From positions 1-64,000 of the forward strand of contig CAVUHW010000030.1 in NCBI GenBank assembly GCA_963741205.1: 64,000 bases of DNA. The letters run 5' to 3'. Every line of letters begins with the position of its first letter. The first letter of the stretch is position 1. Both the position numbers and the translations under genes were made by a program. Below the pieces are notes generated by a model that saw only the letters and a program-made list of their open reading frames with translations, did not search any database and was not told where the DNA came from. Positions 22,600-34,746 of the stretch are shown piece by piece. This stretch comes from Nitrospirota bacterium. GTDB taxonomy: Bacteria; Nitrospirota; UBA9217.

Positions 22600-23061
22600 A
22601 TGATTTCTCTGACAGTAAACGGCAAAAAGCATGTGGTGGATGCAAGTCCTGACACGCCGCTGCTCTATGTGCTTCGAAATGACCTCGGACTGAACGGCCC
22701 GAAATTCGGCTGCGGCCTGGCCCAGTGCGGGGCATGCACGGTTATCATGGATGGTGCAGCGGTCCGCTCCTGCGTAACGCCGGCCTTAAAAGCAGCGGGG
22801 CGAAATATTCTGACGTTGGAAGGGCTCGGCACGCTGGAAAACCCCCATCCCCTGCAGAAGGCGTTCATCGAAGAGCAGGCGGCACAATGCGGATATTGCA
22901 TCAACGGCATGATCATGCAAAGCAAAGCCCTCCTTGACCGGAGACCCGATCCGACCGACCAGGAGATCCGCATGGCCCTGGCGTCCAATCTTTGCCGGTG
23001 CGGCGCACATAACAACATCATTCGCGCAGTCAGGCGCGCGGTACGGGAGATGAAGAGATGA
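22600..23061 (+). CDS. (2Fe-2S) subunit of a Mo-hydroxylase (IorA/NicA-like)
   Basis: KFGCGLAQCGAC, QCGYC, NLCRC. Confidence 0.92.
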   Translation: MISLTVNGKKHVVDASPDTPLLYVLRNDLGLNGPKFGCGLAQCGACTVIMDGAAVRSCVTPALKAAGRNILTLEGLGTLENPHPLQKAFIEEQAAQCGYCINGMIMQSKALLDRRPDPTDQEIRMALASNLCRCGAHNNIIRAVRRAVREMKR

Positions 23062-25269
23062 ACGACTATCCGCTCACCCGCCGCCAATTCGGCAAGATCT
23101 CAGCCGGCATCCTCGTCTCCTTCACACTCTCTCCGGAGATTGCGCGGCCAGCTGAGGCGGGACTGCCCGGAGATCTTGATAAGGCGCCCAGGCTGGATGC
23201 GTGGCTTCTTATCGATCCCGGCGGCAAGGTGACGATATTTACGGGAAAGGTGGAGCTCGGTCAAGGGGTGCTAACCGCTCTAGCCCAGATTGCCGCCGAG
23301 GAGCTGGATGTATCCCTCGCAAGCATCCGTATGGTCTCGGGTAATACTGAACTGACGCCCGACGAAGGATATACTGCAGGCAGCCAGTCGATCGAATACG
23401 GCGGCTCAGCCATCCGGTTTGCATGCGCCGAGGCACGCGCGATCCTTATTCAAAATGCCTCTCTCAAGCTCGGCGTGCCCCCTTCAGAGCTCACGGCAGC
23501 CGATGGCGCCGTAATCTCATCTGACGGAAAGAAGGTGACCTACGGAGAGATCGCTAAAGCCAACCTGCTTCACCGGACTGCTACGGCAAAGGTGCAGCCG
23601 AAGCCGGCAGCGAAGCATACGATCGTAGGCAAACCCGCGCACCGCCTCGACATCCCCGCCAAGGTGACAGGCGGCCCCGCCTTTGTTCAGGATATGCGCC
23701 TGGCCGGCATGGTCTTCGGCCGCATCGTGCGTCCGCCCGGCCCTCGCGACAGGCTCGTAGAGGTCGATTTAGCCCCGGTTAAGGCAATGCCGGGCGTGCT
23801 CGCCGCGATGCGAGACGGAAACTTCCTCGGCGTAGTAGCGGAACGCGAGGAGCAGGCGATTGAAGCGCGGGAGGCATTGAGTAAGAACGCGAAATGGCAT
23901 AGCGCGGCCGATCTGCCGGATTCTGACAAGATCCATGCATGGCTCAAGGACCAGCCGGCCGAGGATAGCGTCGTCAGTGAGAAGAAACCCGCGAATGCCC
24001 CTGCAGATCGTCCGGAGGTTCGATGCGACCTACACCAAGAGCTATGTGGCGCATGCCTCCATCGGGCCCTCCTGCGCTGTCGCTGAGATGAAGGACGGCA
24101 AACTTCGCATCTGGTCTCACACGCAGGGAGTCTACCAGCTCCGTCACGACGTCGCCACCGTGATGAAGATGGACCCCGAATCCGTGATCGTGTCCCATGT
24201 CGAGGGGTCGGGCTGCTACGGCCATAACGGCGCCGACGATGCAGCGCTCGATGCTGCTCTTCTGGCGCGCGCGGTGCCCGGCCGTCCGGTGAAGGTGCAG
24301 TGGATGCGGGACGATGAATTCGCGTGGGAACCGTTAGGCTCAGCGATGGTGATGAAGCTCTCCGCGGGACTCGCTGCCGACGACAGCATTTCCGACTGGC
24401 AGTATGAGCTTTGGAGCAACATCCACAATGACCGGCCAGGCCTTCCGGGCGGCGTAAACCTCCTGGCCGCCTGGCATCTGGACAACCCGATAAGACCGGC
24501 CCCGCTCCGGCCCATTCCCCAACCGGCCGGCGGCGCTGACCGCAATGCACTGCCGCTCTATGATTTCCCAAGCCAGAAGGTCGTCAGACACCTCATCAGG
24601 GAGATGCCGCTTCGCACCTCGGCCCTTCGCGCACTCGGGGCTTACGCCAACGTTTTTGGGATGGAATCTTTCATGGACGAACTGGCCGAGATGACCCGAA
24701 ACGACCCTGTCGAGTACCGGCTTCGGCACTTGAAGGACCCCCGAGCCAGGGCGGTGATAGAAACGGCAGCCGCGAAGGCGTCTTGGAAGGCTGGCTCGAA
24801 GAAAGACGGTAGGCACGGAAGCGGCATCGGATTCGCCAAGTATAAGAACCTTTCCTGCTATGTGGCATGCGTCGCAGACGTCGAAGTCGACCGCAAAACC
24901 GGGCGGATTCACGTCTCACGCGTGGTCGCGGCAGCGGATGCCGGCCAGATCATAAATCCGAAGGGTCTCGAGATGCAGATCGAGGGAGGCATCATCCAGT
25001 CCGTGAGCTGGACACTAATGGAGTCTGTGAGGTTCGATCGCAGGTCGGTAACTTCCCGCGACTGGGCCAGCTACCCAATTCTCACATTCCCGGAGGTGCC
25101 CCGAGTCGAGGTCCACCTGATCGACCGACCGGAGGAGAAGCCTCTCGGCAGCGGTGAGGCTTCTCAGGGACCAGCGGCAGCCGCGATCGCCAATGCGGCA
25201 AGCAGCGCCCTTGGCCGCCGCATTCGAGATCTTCCCCTTTCCCCGGGTAGAATCAGGGAGATGCGCTGA
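23058..25269 (+). CDS. Xanthine dehydrogenase-family molybdopterin subunit (IorB/NicB-like) with Tat signal; frameshift near 24000
   Basis: LTRRQF, GKVELGQG, GCYGHNGADD, QIEGGIIQ, GEASQGP. Confidence 0.9.
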
Positions 25270-25543
25270 TCTCAAGAGATCGGCCCGGGATTAAAGAGGT
25301 ACGCGCGGTTCTTACATAAATTTCCCGCGAGGTTTTTTATGCTTTCTCCCTGACCCGCTCCGGCAACAGGATGTCGTGTTTGTATTGAGGATTTCCTTGC
25401 GGGCAAAGCTCCTCAAATTTAGTGAGGAGAGAAGGTCCAGGATGTTGCTCCTTATCTATGTCTATGCGTTCTGAGCCATGCTTACTTTGGCCGGCTTGTG
25501 TGCTTCATCAGGAGAGTCCAGCCCAGCCGATGAAACGATCGCT

Positions 25544-26089
25544 ATGGATAGAATAAAATCTTCAAACAGCATAATTCGTCTGGTTATCATAGCGCTCATC
25601 CTTGCCCTTCCAGGATGCACATTCACTAAACTGATGACCAAACACTTGGAAAAACCGATTTTTACTTACAAGGGATTAGAACTGGTCGATGCCTCGCAAA
25701 GCAGGGTAATAGTGAACTTCCTGTTCTCGGCGTATAACCCGAATGTAGAAGGATTGAAGAACGTAACCTGCACGTATGAGCTTTTTATGGAAGGGCACAA
25801 AATTCTGACAGGAAAGGACATTCCCTTGGAACTTACCCCGAAAGGAGACACGGAGATCAAGGTTCCTGCAACGATCGTTTATTCGGACCTTGCCCCCGTT
25901 CTGGGGTCAGTCGTACAACGGATTTTATCAGGCCAGAAAACAATACCTATAACCATCAACGCCGTCTTTTCCGGTAACCCTGCGACCTATGGCGAAGCAG
26001 GAAAAGAGGAAACAATTTCCTTCGAAAGAAGATTGATCAAGACCGCCGACATCCCCTTGCAAAAGGAGAGAAGAATCAAAGGATGGTGA
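25544..26089 (+). CDS. LEA type 2/WHy domain lipoprotein
   Basis: Lipobox LPGC; YNPN motif. Confidence 0.65.
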   Translation: MDRIKSSNSIIRLVIIALILALPGCTFTKLMTKHLEKPIFTYKGLELVDASQSRVIVNFLFSAYNPNVEGLKNVTCTYELFMEGHKILTGKDIPLELTPKGDTEIKVPATIVYSDLAPVLGSVVQRILSGQKTIPITINAVFSGNPATYGEAGKEETISFERRLIKTADIPLQKERRIKGW

Positions 26090-26279
26090 TAAAATTCGAT
26101 TGTATTCTAGGGCAGTATATAATTTCCCGAATTATGCAGAGGATTCTGTGTTTGGACATTGCCTGATTCATGATGAAATTAATAAACCAGGTGGGTCACC
26201 CCGAAGGTTCCGACCGCTTTAATACTGCAGGAAGGAGACCGCGCAGCAGGCTAACGCGCGGATAGCCCGACATCGCCTC

Positions 26280-26879
26280 CTACACCCACACCACCTTCTC
26301 GAAGTCCTGCATGCCTTCCACCACGATGTTCATGGTGCCGCGGTGTCCGACCTTGAGTTCCCCTTCCAGTTTGTATTTCGCGAGGCAGGTGCCGCAGGAA
26401 TATATTTCCACACCCATCTCTTCCATGGCCTTGATTAGCCCGCACATTTCAGCATTCACGGTCGTCAAATACACGCCTGTGTTCAGAAAAAACATCGTAT
26501 GGGGCAGTTGCCTGTACGTTTTCATGGTTTCAAAAAAGGCCTTCATCAGCGTTTTCCCCAGCTCTTCCTCGCGGCCCATGATGTCGGTTCCGATGACAAG
26601 AAGCAGCGATTTTTTCTCTTCGCGTTCGGGCTTTTTCATTTGACTTTCCGTACCAGGAACTGTGCAGGTATATCCCTTCACGATCTGGACGCGCCAGTCA
26701 CTTCCCTCATTCCTTGTATCGGCAAACATGTCATGTTGAGCGGCAAATCCGGCCACGTTGAGCGCGGATTCCTCATTGTCCACGAGGACCTCGACGATCC
26801 CCTCCTTCATTTTGGAAAGCGCCTCCTCAGCCATCATGACCGGCTTGGGGCAGCCCTGCCCGCGTGCATCGATTTTCAT
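26280..26879 (-). CDS. yedF: Selenium metabolism protein YedF (TusA/SirA plus DsrE-like domains)
   Basis: GGAGG RBS; IDARGQGCPKPV, VLVDN, ELG..LM..FF, FFLNTGV, SCGTCL. Confidence 0.88.
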   Translation of the reverse strand: MKIDARGQGCPKPVMMAEEALSKMKEGIVEVLVDNEESALNVAGFAAQHDMFADTRNEGSDWRVQIVKGYTCTVPGTESQMKKPEREEKKSLLLVIGTDIMGREEELGKTLMKAFFETMKTYRQLPHTMFFLNTGVYLTTVNAEMCGLIKAMEEMGVEIYSCGTCLAKYKLEGELKVGHRGTMNIVVEGMQDFEKVVWV

Positions 26880-27056
26880 ACGACCTCCTTGTGCGTTTTT
26901 TCCTTTTACGAATTCTCGTCTCGCGACTGCGGACTTCCACATATCGTTGTAGGTCTTCACTTCGAACTGAGCCATTACTTAGTTCTTCATGAAATAATTG
27001 AGATTGCGCTTTTATCCGGATACGTAGCGATTTTTTGGCGCTCCAGTTCGCTTAAG

Positions 27057-27151
27057 TGGAGACTGGCTTCGGAATCGAACCGAGGACGAACCATGCAAGG
27101 CTGTCCGACGGGGTTGAAGCCCGCGGCCCACACCAGCAGACCTAGCCAGTC
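27057..27151 (-). tRNA. Opal (UCA anticodon) Sec-like tRNA with 8/4 fold and U73 (selC*-like)
   Basis: GACTGGCT/AGCCAGTC acceptor, 6-bp D stem with TGGT loop, CT-TCA-AC loop, long variable arm, TCGG-TTCGATT-CCGA, T-CCA. Confidence 0.9.
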
Positions 27152-27243
27152 TTTTAGAAATGCCTGATATGCGCCTCCAGGTACAAGCATTGTTTTCTCC
27201 TTTTGATAGTGACGGGATAGTTTGCCAGTTATGAATCATCGCA

Positions 27244-27287
27244 ACTATAATGAGGTTTAACAGACATGTAAAATAGATAATATCTAT
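27244..27287 (-). promoter_or_regulatory. sigma70 promoter for tRNA-yedF with an adjacent LysR-type box
   Basis: TTTACA-N17-TATAGT; ATAGAT-N3-ATCTAT (T-N11-A) at 27273-27287. Confidence 0.65.
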
Positions 27288-27341
27288 GGCAAGAGCGGGA
27301 CGTATAGGTTTGACCGGACTACCGAAACAGGGAAGGAATGT

Positions 27342-28232
27342 CTATAAGCGAGATACGGACTGTATATGTTCCAGGAACAATTGATAAAGCCGGGGAAGGA
27401 GACGCCTGCGGTGAGTGGCAATATAGAAATTTCGTTTCATTTTAACATCGATGAGCTTTATTTCTTTGAGCGTACGATGCTTCAATTCTTCGGCTACGGA
27501 CAGTCTCGACACGACGGCGATTCCCAGGCCAGCCTTGACCGCCTGCTTAATCGCGTCGCTGGAACCGAAAACGCCCGCCTGCGGCGTGCTTTCCAGGGAA
27601 AACCCCAGCGCTCCGAGAATCTTCTCCGTCTCCCGGCGGGTCCCCGAACCTTCTTCGCGCATCACCATCGGATAGTTCGACAGGTCCTTAAGCCTGATCC
27701 TGGCGGTTTTGACCAGAGACGGCGCCGCTACCACGATAAGCTCATCTTCCATGAACGGGATGTAGGAAATCTGGGAAGCGTTCAATTTCGACCCGACCAG
27801 GCCCGCAAGGAGCTCATGTTTTACGATCTTCTCCACGACGGCCCTGGAGTCGGACACAAGTACCTGAAACGAGATGGACGGGTATTTTTTTCTAAATGTC
27901 GCCATGAGGGCCGGCAGCAGGTAGGTGCCCGGGATGGAACTCGCTCCGACGACCAGTTCGCCGGCGACTTCTTTCTTAAAGCGGCCGAGGACATGACGAA
28001 TATTGTCGGCTTTTTCGATTATTTCGACGGCTTGGTTGTACAGGATCTCCGCCTCGCCGGTGGGTGCGATCTTGCGGCCCGACCGGTCGAACAGCGCGCA
28101 CTCCAGTTCTTCTTCCAGAGCCTTGATATGGTCGCTGATGGTCGGCTGGGTCAGATAGAGTTCCCGGGAGGCGCTCGAGAAACTTCGGTTCCTGAATACG
28201 GAAAGGAAAATCCTGAGATGATGCATGTCCAT
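27342..28232 (-). CDS. LysR-family regulator (selenium metabolism-associated/CysL-like)
   Basis: SFS.AS..LYLTQPTIS, GASSIPGTYLLP, REEGSGTR; next to yedF. Confidence 0.9.
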   Translation of the reverse strand: MDMHHLRIFLSVFRNRSFSSASRELYLTQPTISDHIKALEEELECALFDRSGRKIAPTGEAEILYNQAVEIIEKADNIRHVLGRFKKEVAGELVVGASSIPGTYLLPALMATFRKKYPSISFQVLVSDSRAVVEKIVKHELLAGLVGSKLNASQISYIPFMEDELIVVAAPSLVKTARIRLKDLSNYPMVMREEGSGTRRETEKILGALGFSLESTPQAGVFGSSDAIKQAVKAGLGIAVVSRLSVAEELKHRTLKEIKLIDVKMKRNFYIATHRRRLLPRLYQLFLEHIQSVSRL

Positions 28233-28359
28233 ACGGGCCCATTCTAGCCACCTCTTTGCGATAAGTCAATAGAATCGGAGAAACCGCCGCACTGGACACC
28301 TCCCGCAAACTGGGCTATACTTTCCGAAAAGAACGCCCCGATGCGATACAGGAGCATGC

Positions 28360-28950
28360 ATGGAATTTTTCAAGTCCTTTTTGGCGACCTTCATCCCGCT
28401 CATGGTTGCGCTCGACGCGCCGGGCACCCTCGCGCTCTATGTGGGCATGACCGAAGGCGTGATGAAGCAGGAACGAAAGAAAATCGTCCGCCAGTCCATC
28501 ATCACCGCCTTCCTCGTCACCCTGGGATTTATCCTCGTGGGACAGGCGATCTTCAATGCCCTCGGGATCCTCGTCGAGGACTTCATGATCGCCGGCGGCG
28601 TCGTGCTTCTGATCATCGCCATCGCCGACGTGGTGCGTGCGGGCGAGAGAAAGATGGAGCGAAGCGCTGAATTCGGCGTCGTGCCCTTGGGCACGCCGAT
28701 CATCGCCGGGCCGGGAACGCTTACGGCGGCCCTCGTGCTCGTGGGGACGAACGGCTACGTGCCGGTCATCCTTTCCCTCGTGGTGAACCTGCTTTTCGCC
28801 TGGGTCATTTTTGCCCAGTCCGAGAGGATCATCAGGATCATCGGGATCTCCGGCTCGCGGGCTTTTGCGAAGGTCGTGTCGCTGATCCTTGCCGCCTTTG
28901 CGGTCAAGATGATCAGGAGCGGGATATTCAGAGTTTCTCGAAGGTCGCTT
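28360..28950 (+). CDS. MarC family membrane protein (3' end approximate)
   Basis: [19 protein letters not shown]. Confidence 0.85.
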
Positions 28951-29371
28951 ATGAAGAAGGAGAACGGCATCATGCGGGAACTAAGGGAAGACCATGAATC
29001 CATGTGCGGCCCCAACCGCCGGGTCCATATGGCGAACGAGCGGACCTTCCTCGCCTGGGTGCGGACGAGCATCGCCATCATGGCCTTCGGTTTCGTCGTG
29101 GAAAAATTCTCACTCTTCGTGAAACAGATGGGATACTTACCTGGGGAAGGAGGCCACTCCGCCGCAGCCGGGTTATTCTGCGATAATCGGGATCGTGCTT
29201 GTCGGCCTCGGCGTTGTGATGGGCGTGCTTTCGTTCATACGCTATAAGGCAGTGGAAAAACAGATCGAGGACGATACCTACAAGCCATCACCAATCCTGA
29301 GCGTAATGCTCCTTCTGTCCCTGCTCTCGATCGGCGTCTTTCTTATCCTCTATCTTTATCACAGCATGTAG
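28951..29371 (+). CDS. DUF202/YidH membrane protein (frameshifted)
   Basis: [15 protein letters not shown]. Confidence 0.85.
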
Positions 29372-30522
29372 TTTAGAACGCATAGCGCATCTATGCGCAA
29401 TGCGCTATGCTCGCTATGCGCATGTATATACCCCTCGATCATCATGTCCCTTCCCACGAAACGCGAGGTGACATCTTCAAGTTGTATGGCCTGACCGAGC
29501 CGGACGGGTGATATGCCTCCGATAGAGCAGAGCGAATCCCTACCGGTCATCAGCACCGGGGCGACGAACAGCACGACCTTATCGACGATGCCGGACTTGA
29601 TCGCCGAGGCATGAACTTCAGGCCCCCCTTCTATCAGCACGGACATGATGCCTTTCCTGCCCAGCTTCTTCATGAGGTCCCGCAAGTCCACGCGGCCTTG
29701 GCGGATTTGACAAAAAGCACCTCCGCTCCGGCGTCCTGAAGACTCTTGATCTTTGTCTTCGGCGCATTGAGCAAGCGTGGCAATGATGGTCTCTGCCGGT
29801 GATCTCTGCGTCACGACCCTGGCGTTCAGCGGGATTCGCAGCCTGCTGTCCACGATCACGCGGACCGGGTCCCGGCCTTCAGGAATTCTGGCTGTCAGTG
29901 ACGGATTGTCCTTCAATACCGTATTGATCCCCACGAGGATCGCGTCATTCGTATCGCGAAGTCGATGCCCCTCTTGCCGCGCCGGCTCTCCCGTAATCCA
30001 CTTCGACTCGCCGGTCGCCGTGGCGACCTTGCCGTCCAGAGTCTGTGCGATCTTGAGCGTCACAAAGGGTATGCCCGAGGTAATGTGTTTGATGAACGCC
30101 TCATTCAGTTTCTTCGCCTCTGCTTCGAGTACGCCGGTTACTACTTCAAGACCCGCCTTCCTGAGGGTCTTCACGCCTCCGCCGGACACACGCGGGTTCG
30201 GATCGATCATGGCGATGACGACCCGCTTAACGCCGCTTTGTATCACCAGAGGCGTGCAGGGCGGCGTGCGCTTGTCCGTGTGCGAACAGGGTTCGAGTGT
30301 CACATAGAGCGTCGCGCCCTTCGCTTTCCTGCCGGCCTTCCTGAGCGCGATGGCCTCAGCATGCGGCTCGCCTGCTCTATGATGGTAGCCTGTCGCGACG
30401 ACCTTGCCGTTTTTCACCACCACGGCGCCGACCATCGGGTTCGGGCTCGTGCGGCCTTTCGCCTTGGCGGCCAACCGCAGCGCCATGCGCATGTATTTTT
30501 CGTCAAACGGTTCAAGTTTCAT
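29359..30522 (-). CDS. ribD: Bifunctional riboflavin deaminase/reductase
   Basis: SPNPMVG, HAE, VTLEPC..PPC, SVLIEGG. Confidence 0.95.
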   Translation of the reverse strand: MKLEPFDEKYMRMALRLAAKAKGRTSPNPMVGAVVVKNGKVVATGYHHRAGEPHAEAIALRKAGRKAKGATLYVTLEPCSHTDKRTPPCTPLVIQSGVKRVVIAMIDPNPRVSGGGVKTLRKAGLEVVTGVLEAEAKKLNEAFIKHITSGIPFVTLKIAQTLDGKVATATGESKWITGEPARQEGHRLRDTNDAILVGINTVLKDNPSLTARIPEGRDPVRVIVDSRLRIPLNARVVTQRSPAETIIATLAQCAEDKDQESSGRRSGGAFCQIRQGRVDLRDLMKKLGRKGIMSVLIEGGPEVHASAIKSGIVDKVVLFVAPVLMTGRDSLCSIGGISPVRLGQAIQLEDVTSRFVGRDMMIEGYIHAHSEHSALRIDALCVLNYML

Positions 30523-30655
30523 AATTTTGGATAATACATCCCGGATTGCTCTAGGCAACCTTCTTTGCATTAAGCAGCCGGCTCTCGGCAACACTGGGTG
30601 TTCCTCCGTCGCCCAGGTGGTACCCCCCGTTATTGGACAGAAAGAAAAAATCAAT

Positions 30656-31043
30656 TTATTCTACGAGTGCTCGTAGGACATCTGCGAATTCAGTTTTCCC
30701 AAGTTTGCCTGAAGCTAAGGTTATCATAGCGTCATATAGATTGTTCGTCTGAAAAGATACGCTAATGCCATTCAGTTCGAGAAAGACGAGCGCCGATGCC
30801 AAGCCCGTCCGTTTATTACCATCGATAAACGGATGATTCTGCGCAATGTGGAATGCATAGGCCGAGGCCATTTCATAAATATCCGTGTGAAGATATTCCC
30901 CGCCAAAACGATGCGGATGGCATTGCCACGGCGGAACTCAACAGGTTCAAATCTCGAATTCCATGAGATCCACCATAACGTTCGATCTGGTCTGCGTGAA
31001 TATCGATGACTTCGGCCAGCGTCAAAAAGATGATATCAGCCAT
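30656..31043 (-). CDS. Fic/Doc death-on-curing toxin (frameshift near 30905)
   Basis: HPFIDGNKRTG. Confidence 0.88.
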
Positions 31044-31046
31044 GCG

Positions 31047-31274
31047 TTACTCTGCGAGCTTCTTAAGAGTCTTCCCATGGACCTTATTCACCTTCTCCAG
31101 GGCCGCCCTGAACTTTTTATCCCGTTTGCCGTCCGCGACGGGCGACAGGATCAGATTTCTTCCATCGGTCGTAATTTCAAAGGATGCGTCCTCGTCAATC
31201 TTGAGAAGCTGCAAAATCGGTTTATCGATGATCAATGCTGCACTATTGCCGTGCGTAACCAGCTTTTTTATCAT
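31047..31274 (-). CDS. AbrB/MazE-type antitoxin
   Basis: KKLVTHGNSAALIIDK, upstream of doc. Confidence 0.85.
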   Translation of the reverse strand: MIKKLVTHGNSAALIIDKPILQLLKIDEDASFEITTDGRNLILSPVADGKRDKKFRAALEKVNKVHGKTLKKLAE

Positions 31275-31433
31275 GTGCTCGCCTCCGGTACTATTATGTA
31301 TATACATTGTATAATTAAAGGGTGAGGGTTGTCAAGGCCGCCGAGGCATTTATAAAATAGAAAAGCGCAAAAAGAATGCCTCCTTATTTGGGGAGGCATT
31401 CATGCATCGCTGAGCTGGTGACTGGCAACTAAC

Positions 31434-31757
31434 TTAGGCGGCCTTAAGCTCCTTTTCATGGACCGACGGTTTGCCGGTCAGGATCGCCTCTGCTTCCGAG
31501 ATGTACCTCCAGGTGCATTCCGGCTCTTTTTCGCAGTTGTATTTTTCGAAGATGCGATCGACGACATAGGCTGCGTCGGACGTCGCCCGGTTGACAAAAT
31601 TATTCCTGATCTTCCCGAGCATTTCCTGCGGAATAGCCGTCAGCCCGTGTATTTCGCGCGCATGAGTCGACACCAATTCCAGAAGCCGTTCATCCGTCGG
31701 GGCCGACAGGGTCGTTTTACAGTTAACACCAATGCTTGCACATGAGAATTCTTTCAT
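31434..31757 (-). CDS. DUF1059-like small metal-binding protein
   Basis: F.C...G..C ... H...HG. Confidence 0.7.
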   Translation of the reverse strand: MKEFSCASIGVNCKTTLSAPTDERLLELVSTHAREIHGLTAIPQEMLGKIRNNFVNRATSDAAYVVDRIFEKYNCEKEPECTWRYISEAEAILTGKPSVHEKELKAA

Positions 31758-31960
31758 GTTTGTTCACCTCCCTTGAAGACGCTTCAAGCAGCAACTAATT
31801 CTAATACAAGTATATCACCGCTTGCGGGGGGACCGTGCATCACGAGATCGAGCAGTCAGGGCGAGAGTAATACGTTTTTCGTATGTGAGGATGAGGAATT
31901 ATTTTATTCGCATAAAAAAAGGGCGGCTTTCGCCGCCCTTGGGATTGCATCTGGAATTAT

Positions 31961-34645
<2,685 letters not shown>

Positions 34646-34667
34646 GTGACTATCCTCCCTGGATATG

Positions 34668-34746
34668 AGTCATCAGAATTTCAGAAGCCAGAAGTCAGGA
34701 GTCAGAAAAAAATTCTGACTCCTGGCTCCTGACTGCTGACTCCTGT
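34668..34746. repeat. Heptamer-based intergenic palindrome (AGTCAGA/TCTGACT units)
   Basis: cagaagccagaagtcaggagtcagaa ... ttctgactcctggctcctgactgctgactc. Confidence 0.75.

Noticed and set aside
27057-27152. Alternative 9/4 (archaeal/eukaryotic-type) tRNA-Sec fold using the upstream A
   Set aside because: It would need A1-U72, a C discriminator and an incomplete CCA; 8/4 with U-CCA fits better.
27152-27190. MLVPGGAY as a SelD fragment
   Set aside because: The match is too short and no other SelD motif is nearby.
28360-29247. MarC-DUF202 fusion
   Set aside because: Two separate known families with a short junction; probably a lost stop due to an indel.
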